This document shows positions 31,840 through 41,130 of a DNA stretch of 64,000 nt, one piece after another. Position 1 is the first letter of the stretch; each line of letters starts with the position of its first letter. Both the position numbers and the translations under genes were made by a program. The notes under the pieces are model-generated. The model did no database searches. It saw only the letters and a list, made by a program, of their open reading frames with translations, and was not told the origin of the DNA. Origin of the DNA: an uncultured Clostridia bacterium (GTDB taxonomy: Bacteria; Bacillota; Clostridia; Christensenellales; CAG-917); assembly GCA_947589395.1 (NCBI GenBank), contig CANQAA010000001.1, positions 449 to 64,448 on the forward strand, in the 5' to 3' direction.

Positions 31840-32508
31840 TCAGCCTACCTCCTTTTTATGAGATAAACTGAAATAGCTTTCATACTGCATTATGCTGACG
31901 CCATACATTTCTGCCAAACAGAATATTCTTGATGGTGCGCTTCCGTAAACTACAACATTTTTAGGCTGTAATTTGTTCAAGATATAATCAAATCCTTTGA
32001 TAAACATATGTTTGTATTCTTGAGATTTGATACAGCCATGCGTTCCTACAGCTATTGTTGAGTTACATTCCACCCCAAGACAAGCCAATTCGTATGTACG
32101 TTCATCTCCCCAACGTACATTTGGGATCGTCGGGATTCCATTATCATTCAGCCATGCGCCGACAGCCCTGCCGCGATATGTATTCCACTCTTGCATTACA
32201 AGCGGCATATCGTAATACAAACTGTAGTCCGGAGTGATTACTCCATCAAACTGTTTGAGAACAGATAGATACCTCTTGGGATCATTCCAAAAGGGCTCTA
32301 TCTTTTCATCATGCTCATAAAAAACCACGAACCCGGTGTGATCTTTTTCTGATTTCGCATGAGAGAACGGGACAAGTCGCGTAGGTAAAATGTCGGTTGT
32401 TTTCACACATGGTATTTCCAGCTCACCATCAAACCGAGCATGTTTCACCATGTATGCGTGAAAAACATCCTTACACCCTGTCCCATAATGTACAATAGTT
32501 TTTTGCAT
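31840..32508 (-). CDS. DUF4417-like protein
   Basis: FYEHDEKIEPFWNDPKRYL..FDGVITPDYSLYYDMPLVMQEWNTYRGRAVGAWLNDNGIPTIPNVRWGDERTYE matches my recollection of the DUF4417 signature. RBS AGGAG. Confidence 0.6.
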   Translation of the reverse strand: MQKTIVHYGTGCKDVFHAYMVKHARFDGELEIPCVKTTDILPTRLVPFSHAKSEKDHTGFVVFYEHDEKIEPFWNDPKRYLSVLKQFDGVITPDYSLYYDMPLVMQEWNTYRGRAVGAWLNDNGIPTIPNVRWGDERTYELACLGVECNSTIAVGTHGCIKSQEYKHMFIKGFDYILNKLQPKNVVVYGSAPSRIFCLAEMYGVSIMQYESYFSLSHKKEVG

Positions 32509-32623
32509 ATTATAGCTCCTATAACTTTAGTCAACCTTTGGTTGCCGTCAAATACTTGACATAAAAGACAGAGAGTGCTATAATATGCATATTCTAGAGC
32601 CATTATGGCACTTCTGAATGGCG

Positions 32624-32657
32624 CATAAAAGTTGCTGCAACAACTTTTATGCGCTGT
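32624..32657. terminator. Perfect 14-bp-stem hairpin between the ImmA and DUF4417 genes
   Basis: GCGCATAAAAGTTG-ctgcaa-CAACTTTTATGCGC. The T-run lies only on the plus side, so a role as a minus-strand terminator is uncertain. Confidence 0.4.
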
Positions 32658-32671
32658 TCTTTTATGTAGTG

Positions 32672-33199
32672 TTAATATGTTTTTCTTTTTTCAGCAGCCT
32701 TTTCGGATACACCATATGTAGTCATTATTTGTTCAACGGACATATTTTGTGTCGCCTCATATGGCATCATCACCTCGCCTGCTAATGCTTTTACTATCCA
32801 TTCAAGCCTACGATAACATGGCGTATCTTTTGCGATTATTGTACGAGAATAAATTGGTTTGAAACCAAGTTTATCAGCAAACACATGCATTATTTCATGC
32901 ATGATATGCATTCTGTATCCGCCAATATTGTTTTCTGCCGCTCCTTTATATACTGAATTTTTGATTTGTATTATATACCCATACTCGTTTTGATTACATT
33001 GTGCCGGCACGTTACATGGAAGTTCATTATCATCTAAAATTTCATAGTGTACATCCTCAAACCCTTCTATATCCGGCAACATATCAAGCATTGCAACAGG
33101 ATCCATTCGGGTATCTTGTCCAACCTTTGTAATTGAGCGAAATAATTTAGCATATAAGCGCAGTTCTTTGCGATTTGTCGGTTTAGTTTCGTAATCCAA
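32672..33199 (-). CDS. ImmA/IrrE-family zinc metallopeptidase
   Basis: HEIMH (HExxH) motif in MHIMHEIMHVFADKLG. 175 aa, and abuts the upstream XRE gene with no intergenic gap. Confidence 0.8.
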   Translation of the reverse strand: MDYETKPTNRKELRLYAKLFRSITKVGQDTRMDPVAMLDMLPDIEGFEDVHYEILDDNELPCNVPAQCNQNEYGYIIQIKNSVYKGAAENNIGGYRMHIMHEIMHVFADKLGFKPIYSRTIIAKDTPCYRRLEWIVKALAGEVMMPYEATQNMSVEQIMTTYGVSEKAAEKRKTY

Positions 33200-33562
33200 T
33201 CACTTTTCCTCCTTATTTAATAGGTTGAATATTGCATTAGCCGTTTCGTCATCCAGATCTTCAAACGAACGCTGAAATTGCAAAGCAACTCTTCTTTGAG
33301 ATTGTGTTGCGCTCGTCAAATCAATTTTTGCCTGTGTCTTGGATTCTGCTATGGCTTGTGATAATTCTTGCTGCTCTTGTACCGACAATGAATAGTGTTT
33401 GGTAATAATATCAAACCAATTATCAGGGACATTTCTCTTCCCTGTTTCCACTGCAGAAACAAATGGGAGTGTAACTCCTAACAATTTTGCCGTATTCGAC
33501 ATTGTTTCTTTATGTCTGATTCTCTGTATCCTCATAAACTCACCAAACTTTGTGTATGCCAT
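33200..33562 (-). CDS. XRE-family HTH regulator (ImmR-like partner of ImmA)
   Basis: FMRIQRIRHKETMSNTAKLLGVTLPFVSAVETGKRNVP is a typical HTH. RBS AGGAGG. Confidence 0.85.
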   Translation of the reverse strand: MAYTKFGEFMRIQRIRHKETMSNTAKLLGVTLPFVSAVETGKRNVPDNWFDIITKHYSLSVQEQQELSQAIAESKTQAKIDLTSATQSQRRVALQFQRSFEDLDDETANAIFNLLNKEEK

Positions 33563-33603
33563 GCTTCGTTCCTCCTAAATGGTCTGTTACCATCTTTACT
33601 AAA

Positions 33604-33632
33604 ACTATAACATATACAATTTTAGATGTCAA
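33604..33632 (-). promoter_or_regulatory. Sigma-A-type promoter of the XRE-ImmA islet
   Basis: TTGACA, 17 nt, TATAGT on the minus strand, about 40 nt upstream of the XRE start. Confidence 0.6.
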
Positions 33633-33846
33633 CAATAAAGCTAAAATAAGTTAAGTTTTTTAATCACTTTTTTAAACAGCGGTAAAATAGGTGTTCTGTT
33701 TGTGTGGAGTGGGGAGCGCACTCATGTTACAACAAACGCTCCATATATAATTTAGCATAACGAACAAGCAAAAACAATCCGTATTTGAGAATTTAAAAAG
33801 CGGCTTGACAAATCGCCAAACCGCCTCTTGTTGCCCCCGCATCAAA

Positions 33847-35727
33847 TCAATCGTAGGAGACGTCCTTTTCGAGAACTGCGCCCGTCGTTGCGTCTATCTC
33901 TATCTCATACTTCAAACTGTTGTTGAAAAACTCGACGTCATAGCAGGGCCTGCCCTTTTCACGCTCGAGCTTGATCTTGACGACGGTCACTTGCACGCCC
34001 TCGAGGCCAAACTCCTTCAGCGCGATCTCAAGCGCCTGCTCCTCGCTGATCGAAGCCACGCCGCCGCTCACAAAGTCGTTGTTTTTGCTGACTGCGCCGG
34101 AAACCGCGTCGACAAAGTAGTCGTACTCTATGCCGCCCACGATCACTTCGATCTCGTAGACGTAGCGCCCGTTCTCGCTCTCGAGTTCCACCTCGCCCAC
34201 GACCGCGTTCGCGCCCACGACCTCTTTGACGTTTGTTATCGCCTGCTCTTTTGATATGATGTTCGCAGGCGCGGGAGGGCCGCCTTCGACATCCTGCTCC
34301 AAAACCGTGCCCGTCACGGCGTTGATCTGCGCCTCGTACTTCTTCGTTCCGACGTACAATTTGACCGTGAAGCACAAAACTCCGTCCTCTCTTTCGAGTT
34401 TGACCGTCCTGTGGGTTATCGTCTGAGCGTCCAGCCCGAACGCGCTTATCGCGATCTCTACAGCTTGCTCCTCCGTGACGACCGCCTCGCCCTGAGGCGC
34501 GCCCTCTTCGGTCACTTCGCCCGTCACGGCGTCCACTCGGAACTCGCGCTTTGCGCCGTTCAGCCTCACTTCGACCTCATAGAAATACCGCCTGCCGCTG
34601 CCGACGCCTTCCTTTTCGATCTCGATCTCGATGAGGTAAAAGTCCTGCCCCGCAAGATGCGTTCTCACCGCGCTCAACGCCTCGTCTCGCGTGATAAAGC
34701 GTGCGTCCGAAGGCGTCGTGGAGGGGCGAGTGGACTTTTCGACATCTATCTCGACGTCCAATATCCCGCCGCCGTTTGCCGCGATCTCAAATTCGTACTC
34801 CGAGCCCTTTGCGACGAGCTCCACCTCAAAGACGAACTGCTGCCCGTCCTCATAGTCCAACTTGACCTTGCGGAAGGAATACGTCTCGCCGTCCGCGCCG
34901 TTTGGGAACACAAAGCCGAGCGCGATCTGCTTTGCCTCGTCTACGGTTATCGCTTGGGGCAGTGCGGGCGTCTCGCCGACGTTTGCGAGCACGCTCTTTG
35001 ACAGCTTGACGATCACCGCGTTCGCCGCGTCTATCGTGACGTCATAGCGATAGCCCTCGAAGTCAAAGCTCAGTTTATATTGTCTTCTGCCGTCCTCGAC
35101 CTCGCTTCTTATCACGGCGTTGGTCTTGGCGCTCTCGCTTATATTCAGCGCCGAAAGCGCAAGCCTCATTGCCGTCGCCTCGTCTATGTACGAGCCAAAG
35201 TGTTTGTCGTTTTCGAATTCTATCTCGCTGTCGAGCACCGAAAAGTCCGAAATATCAAACACATATTTATATTTTGCTCCCACTTCCTCGATCTCGACCT
35301 TGTAGGCGGGCTTGCCCATGTAAGTGTCGCGATCGAAGTCAAAGCCCGTCACATTCGCCTCGTCTATCCCCGATTGCGCGAGCGCTTCGGCGTATGCTCT
35401 CTCAAGAGCCGATCCGCCCTCTGCCGCCGCTAAGGCAGCCGAGCTTCCCAACACGTCTCGCTTGGAAGAAATTTTGAGGTCCTTGCCCAAAACGTACTCG
35501 GAAACGTAGTCCGAAGTGATGACCGTGACGATATATTTGTCGTTCGACAAGACCGCCGTCTGCGTTAAGACATTCTCGGCGGGCGATATAGCTCCAAATG
35601 CCTTCACCACGCCGATCTGCGCGTCGTCGAGCGCGTCGTTTGCTCCGTTGCAAGCCGCAAGGCAACAACACGCTATGATGAGCGCCGCTACTACTATTGA
35701 TGCAAGAATAATTTTTTTAGCTTTCAT
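33847..35727 (-). CDS. Lipoprotein with tandem PepSY domains
   Basis: Signal/lipobox CCCLAAC|N. About 7-8 repeats of the form IT.EQA..IAL...G......V...KLE.E.G...YEVE......EYE..IDA.TG.IL. Confidence 0.8.
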   Translation of the reverse strand: MKAKKIILASIVVAALIIACCCLAACNGANDALDDAQIGVVKAFGAISPAENVLTQTAVLSNDKYIVTVITSDYVSEYVLGKDLKISSKRDVLGSSAALAAAEGGSALERAYAEALAQSGIDEANVTGFDFDRDTYMGKPAYKVEIEEVGAKYKYVFDISDFSVLDSEIEFENDKHFGSYIDEATAMRLALSALNISESAKTNAVIRSEVEDGRRQYKLSFDFEGYRYDVTIDAANAVIVKLSKSVLANVGETPALPQAITVDEAKQIALGFVFPNGADGETYSFRKVKLDYEDGQQFVFEVELVAKGSEYEFEIAANGGGILDVEIDVEKSTRPSTTPSDARFITRDEALSAVRTHLAGQDFYLIEIEIEKEGVGSGRRYFYEVEVRLNGAKREFRVDAVTGEVTEEGAPQGEAVVTEEQAVEIAISAFGLDAQTITHRTVKLEREDGVLCFTVKLYVGTKKYEAQINAVTGTVLEQDVEGGPPAPANIISKEQAITNVKEVVGANAVVGEVELESENGRYVYEIEVIVGGIEYDYFVDAVSGAVSKNNDFVSGGVASISEEQALEIALKEFGLEGVQVTVVKIKLEREKGRPCYDVEFFNNSLKYEIEIDATTGAVLEKDVSYD

Positions 35728-36018
35728 TGTAGCCTCTCCTTTTTGCTTTGTTCACTTATATTACACCCTACGCCACAAAAAGTTACGCTTTGCTTTCTTA
35801 ATTTTCCTTTATATTTCGTGCCCGACGCCCCTTCCACCAACTCGAACCTAAGCTACGCACGCTTGTTCAGAACGCTCTCGAGCTGATAAAACGCGGTTTT
35901 TGAGGGGTCTCTCTGTCTTTAGGCGCGGGCGAACTATAAAATCGTTGAATATTAAACTATTTTCTTCCCGTATACTGTTGATTTTTCACTTATTTTGGCG
36001 GTATTCGCGCTGCGATTT

Positions 36019-36055
36019 TGTCGAATTTTGTCGTTTTTCACGATTTTTTGACGAA
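36019..36055 (+). promoter_or_regulatory. Three helically phased Spo0A-box matches upstream of spo0A
   Basis: TGTCGAA 36019-36025 (exact 0A box), TGTCGTT 36029-36035 and TGACGAA 36049-36055. TATAAT lies at 36271-36276. Confidence 0.55.
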
Positions 36056-36305
36056 TCGCAATATCTTGTGTTTAGTGACATTTTCGCGCCTGCATCTTGT
36101 GGTCGAAAAATTTTTTACTAAAAAATGCTTGCCATTTTTCACCTTTTATTCTATTATTTTTTCATCAATAAAATACAAATTATGCGCACCTTTGTCCGGT
36201 TATCCGAAATTCAGACAGCTTAAGACGTTCCCTGCCATATTCCGCAGTTTTTCGCCACGCTATCTGGCGCTATAATACTCACAAATCTTATAAGGAGTGT
36301 GCAAC

Positions 36306-37046
36306 ATGACAAAATCCATTCTGATTGCAGATGACAACCAATCCCTTGCATTGAGCCTCAAGGACTTTCTCTCCTCAAAAGAGGACTGCTCCGTCGTCGG
36401 CGTCGCGTACAACGGCGCGGAAGCCCTCAAAGCGGCGGAGGAACTTTCTCCGGATATCCTCATATTGGATATAGTTATGCCGGAGCTGGACGGCTTCGGC
36501 GTGCTCGCGGCGCTCAGCTCCAAAAAGCCCGCCGTGATCATGATGTCTCAGCTCGCTTCGGACGGGTTCGTGCAAAAGGCGATGCAATACGGGGCGAGCT
36601 ACTTCCTCGCCAAGCCTTTTGACTACGCCGTCCTGTACAGGGTCATTGAGGAGCTGACGAGCGAACAAGCGCCGTCCAAGCCGCGCGACAAGCGCAACAA
36701 GACGCTCGACGAGAAGATCGCCAACCTCTTCATCTCGGTGGGCATACCCGCGCACATAAAGGGCTATCAGTTCTTGAGAGAGGCGATAAAGATGACCATC
36801 GAGACGCCCGACATCATCAACGCGATCACCAAGCGGCTGTATCCCGGCATCGCGGAGAGGTACGGCACGTCCGCGTCTAAGGTCGAGCGCGCCATCAGAC
36901 ACGCCATCGAGGTCGCGTGGAACAGGGGCAAAATCGAGAACATCAACAACGTTTTCGGGATCAAGATCTACTCTCCCAACGAAAAACCCACAAACGGGGA
37001 GTTCATCGCTCTTATCGCCGACAAACTTCTGCTCGAGAGCGCGTGA
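36306..37046 (+). CDS. spo0A: Sporulation master response regulator Spo0A
   Basis: Receiver domain (ILIADDN, DILILDIVMPELDG). The diagnostic Spo0A C-terminal domain is present: PAHIKGYQFLREAI, SKVERAIRHAIEVAWNRG and KPTNGEFIALIADKL. Confidence 0.96.
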   Translation: MTKSILIADDNQSLALSLKDFLSSKEDCSVVGVAYNGAEALKAAEELSPDILILDIVMPELDGFGVLAALSSKKPAVIMMSQLASDGFVQKAMQYGASYFLAKPFDYAVLYRVIEELTSEQAPSKPRDKRNKTLDEKIANLFISVGIPAHIKGYQFLREAIKMTIETPDIINAITKRLYPGIAERYGTSASKVERAIRHAIEVAWNRGKIENINNVFGIKIYSPNEKPTNGEFIALIADKLLLESA

Positions 37047-38682
37047 TCACGCGGTATGCGCCCGGTTTTATACGCAATACGCACGCGCGCAACAATCAGA
37101 TCATAACGCGTCGCGCACGCGTAGGCGTAAATGTCCGCACGGAACATGCAAGCTGTAGGGGTTTACACGGGCTGTAGGGTTTATGCAAGCTATTGGGACA
37201 TATAAAAGCGATAGAGTTCGCGGCATATTGACGAAAGACGTCTTCCTGCCGATCGCAAAAAACGAGGGAATGCGAGACGGAAGGATGTCGCCGTACAAGC
37301 GTATGACGCGCTCTGTGACTTGAAGCCTTGATAGGCTCACGCTGCCCTTTTATGGCCGCTAAGGCGCAAAGATGTCGCTGCAACTTGCGCGTGTTCGCGA
37401 ACGTATGCGCCCGCCGTATGACGAAAATCATGTTGTACGGCGTGTTGCTGCTTGCGCTTGCTCGCGATCGCATGCGCGATTGTCGCGGCAGAGGCAATTC
37501 CTTTTGCAAAACTCGGGGATATGGGGAGGCAACTGCTCATGGAGTATACAAACCCAACGCCATATCCGGCAGGGGAGACCACACTCCCCGCCTCCCCTAT
37601 CCCGCAATCGCAAAAAGGGCGTTCTCGCGACATGTCTTGATAGGCAGTCTTGACGCGTGCATTCAAATGGGCGATTTCCTCTTGCGTCGCTTTGCATGAG
37701 GGCGTGTTACGCAATGTTTTGTGCGTCCTACGGTTTTGTTTTGCATAGCCGACGAGCTTCGGGGCTTTTTAGCAATGCATAGTCTGGTCGACGACCGTAG
37801 GAGATTTTGAGCAACGTCGCTTACAAAACGGCTTTTCAACTATGCGACTTTTGAAAGCGCTTATGTGCGCCGTCTCGTCTTACTTAAACGAGTCTATATG
37901 CGAGGCGCTTTTTGCAACGAAGTAGATAAGAACGATTTATATTTAAATTAGCTAATGTTTATTGATATTTTAGTATACTTGTGAACTATTATGCGCTGTT
38001 GAAAGCGTCGCCGTCTATTCTTTGCATTATTAGTCCAATCCAATGTCCTCGATTGAGCTGTTGTGCGCAGTCAACATCGATTCCGATTCGCCATTAAACT
38101 TGTCCTATGCCACTGACTGCAATGCGCCAATCAAGGTAATCGCTGAGTATACAAATGGGAAAGTCGCGTTGCTTGCGCACTCGATTTTAGTCAATTACCC
38201 GTCTGATGTAAGTCATAAAGACAAAAGCTGAACTGTGCGGTAATAGCAATTCAAGCGAAAAAAGCGTAAGTACAAGCAAAATAATACCCATAACATATGG
38301 AATAACTTGCAAAAACAGAACTTACTTCCATAAAATTATTAGTCAGAGCACAGGTCAATTACAGATATTATTGCGATAAAGCTTAGAACTAAAACATTGT
38401 AAAAATACAAAATTCAGGCAAGAAAAACGCCAATAAACAGTGATGTTTTACAAAAAATTAACAAACTACAAGCTCGGAAACGGCTGACGAGACAAGGCAT
38501 CGCCATATATAGAATATTGTGAAACAAATTCAAAAAAATCAAGAAAATTTGCGAAACATTCTCTGAAAAATCGGGGTGAAAAATTTGGGTGAAAGGAGCT
38601 CAAAATTTTTCAAGGAGAAAGAACGAAATTTACTTTTCGGTGAGCAAAACACCTACTATTTAGTGGCATTTTCGCTGTTTTC

Positions 38683-38698
38683 GGTTTCACGTGAAACG
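38683..38698. promoter_or_regulatory. parS site (14/16 match to consensus)
   Basis: gGTTTCACGTGAAACg compared with TGTTNCACGTGAAACA. Confidence 0.75.
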
Positions 38699-38713
38699 GA
38701 CGGAGCGGATTTT

Positions 38714-38729
38714 TGTTCCACGTGAAACA
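38714..38729. promoter_or_regulatory. parS site (16/16 match)
   Basis: TGTTCCACGTGAAACA is identical to the Bacillus-type Spo0J/ParB binding consensus. Confidence 0.85.
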
Positions 38730-39533
38730 TTGACTTTTCTTGGAATTTTCCGCCATACTGACCCGAAAACCCCGCTGCGCGACAGATCGACTTATGATAG
38801 GAGTTTTTCTCTCTTGCGCACAATAAAATCCCAAACACGTTAAGCTCCTCAGCTTGGGACGACCGGCTCAAATAATGCCGCTGTATTGATGGCAACTGCC
38901 CAAACGATTTATGACCGACTGTCTTCTTTTTTTATACCCTTCTTTACGGCTTTTGGGCTTACAGTCACACTTTTGAACAATATTTTGATATTTTGCCACA
39001 AAACTGACCGCTCTGCAGACTGTCACGCTTCTTTTATGTAAAAAACCGGCCTATAACATCTTTCAGACCATATGTTGAGAAACTGAGAAAATCAATCATT
39101 TTTATTTCGCCATTCATGACCTGTTTATCGTCCAAATTTCACCGGAAACTATTGATTTTGTTGCCAAACACTATACTACAAAGACAAATTGGACGAACTG
39201 CTTAAGAGAAAGATGACGGCAATTATATGAATAAGCAAGCGCGTGTGCGGGCAATATTTGTACTACGCAAATTTGTCATAGTGTGAGCAACCAAGTTTGC
39301 TTGTGAGCGATCTCTAAGGTTATTGACGAGCAAAAGCGCACACAAGTACAATTTATCAATTGGCAAATTTGCTGTCAAGGGGCTAATCGGTGGGGCAAGT
39401 AGCTAAAGAATATAAGGGATTACGGGGATTCACATGATATATCGCCGAGAGCGGTCTTGCAGTCAATTTTGCGCGTTTGACAAAACCTCGATTTCTTCAC
39501 TATTCAGTGGCATTTTTGAGACAATTTCCGCGA

Positions 39534-39549
39534 TGTTTCATGTGAAACA
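39534..39549. promoter_or_regulatory. parS site (15/16 match)
   Basis: TGTTTCATGTGAAACA embedded in the longer palindrome cgcgaTGTTTCATGTGAAACAtcgcg. Confidence 0.75.
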
Positions 39550-40790
39550 TCGCGCAATATTCGATAGTTGCGCACCACTTGTATAATAAACAACACGGGT
39601 TACAACGGTAAGTATCGAACTGCAAGCGTAGCACATTATGGCAAATATATCATATGACAGGAGTTGTGCATAACGCCAATGTTATGCATGGCAGCAAAAC
39701 ATAGCGTGTGCCGGCTGACAGAGCGCGTGGTGTCAATCATAACGTGTGACGGCATGCTCCATGCGAGACATGGTAGACAGGACATTTCGACGGCAGCAAA
39801 AAGGCTCAATTCAAACTTTGTGAATTACAGCAAATGTTCTGCATGATCTAAAGCAGCGCAGAAATTGTAAGTATTGTGAGCGCCAAGCAAAACGTGTGGC
39901 AAGCAAAGCATGTTGGGCAATATATAATTCGTGCAGGACAAGAAGGAAAAACTTAAGACGAACAAAAAAGGTGAGCGCAAAAATCATTGAGACGAGAGAA
40001 ATTATAGTGAAAGATGTGAGGGGACGATATGTTTGGCATGCGGCATGTAAATAAGTGAGACATGTGTCAAAAGGAATGAATGAGAAGCGTGAGGGGCAAT
40101 CGAGGATCATATGCCGACACCTTCCCTGCAATGTAATAGACTCGTGAACTTGTCAAAAGTCGAAAAGATCCGTGCGCAAATGAATGCGGGTAGCGATCTG
40201 AACAGTGCAAAACTGTTTACACATGTATGTGCGAGCGAATATTAGCGTGGCCGTGCATGTTGGGTGACGACGAGCGGGGACGAGGCATAAAGGCAAAAGG
40301 CATGCGGGTTTAACAGGTTGGCGGGCATATAAAAACGAGAAAGCGGGCGAGGACGGTGCGCAAAGTCGACATGCGAGACGAACGAGCGGACGAGCCGAGT
40401 GAAAAAGTTGATGCAAGAGCCGCCACGTTCGACATCAAAAAACGAAGACTTGAGTGGAGAGCGGACGGATATTGCATGCCAAAGCCGAAAAATGTCGAGC
40501 GATGGTTGGGCGAAATGGGCGCTAAAAAGCGAAATTCGGCGTGAGGAGCGGAAAAATCAAGGGGTTTGGGGAGTGGGGCGGAAAGCAAAATTACAGGGAA
40601 TCGGAATTTTCGCGGGATGAGGAATGTATCGGCTTCGCGGAAAAATTCTCGACAGAAAAATTTGCCGTATGCTCGAAGCAAAATTTGCCGTATGTTTGGG
40701 ACAAAATTTTACCGCTCGACGAGTAGTCTTGCTCTTCTCCTGCGCACAATCTTGCGCATCGCTCGTTCCTTCGAATGGTTTAATGAAAAT

Positions 40791-41130
40791 GACTATTCTA
40801 ATAATATACGGCTATCCTCAAATAAGTAAGATCTCTCTGATGTTATAAAGCTATCCTCTTGGGATATGGGTATCATAATGAAATACGGGTGTCATAATGA
40901 GGTAGTGTATTATAATGATATAGGGTTATCCCAATGATATGGATTATTATTTTATAGGGCGTTCCGGTGGGATCAACTATCTTTTCGGGGCAAATCGTCC
41001 CATTCGAGATGAAGCTATCATGACGAGGCAAAGTTATCCCCATGCGTTATGACTTTCCAAATGATATATAGCTATTCTAATAAGATATGACTATACCAAT
41101 GAGATACGACAAAACTAATGAGATGGAGCC
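40791..41130. repeat. Array of about 17 degenerate 18-20-bp units, each a small dyad (TATC-N5-GATA type), in two blocks
   Basis: Units start at 40791, 40811, 40850, 40870, 40889, 40907 and 40925, then 41014, 41033, 41051, 41071, 41089 and 41108. Examples are gttatcccaatgatatgg and gctattctaataagatat. Stops occur in all frames. Confidence 0.7.

Noticed and set aside
37041-37052. Palindrome GCGTGATCACGC overlapping the spo0A stop codon, considered as a terminator.
   Set aside because: A perfect palindrome leaves a 2-4-nt loop at most, and there is no following T-run. It is more likely a protein site or chance.
39930-40640. CsrA/RsmA-type sponge RNA, because of about 20 GGA triplets.
   Set aside because: Given the extreme G+A composition of this stretch, that number of GGA triplets is about what chance predicts. 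The triplets are also not presented in hairpin loops.
40640-40700. Group II intron domain V-like GCCGTATGC, present twice.
   Set aside because: No complementary ACGTACGG 3' strand, no GAAA-capped D5 hairpin and no IEP/RT ORF anywhere nearby.
40791-41130. CRISPR array.
   Set aside because: The units are contiguous, with no unique spacers. They are only 18-20 bp long and degenerate, and no cas genes are present in the window.
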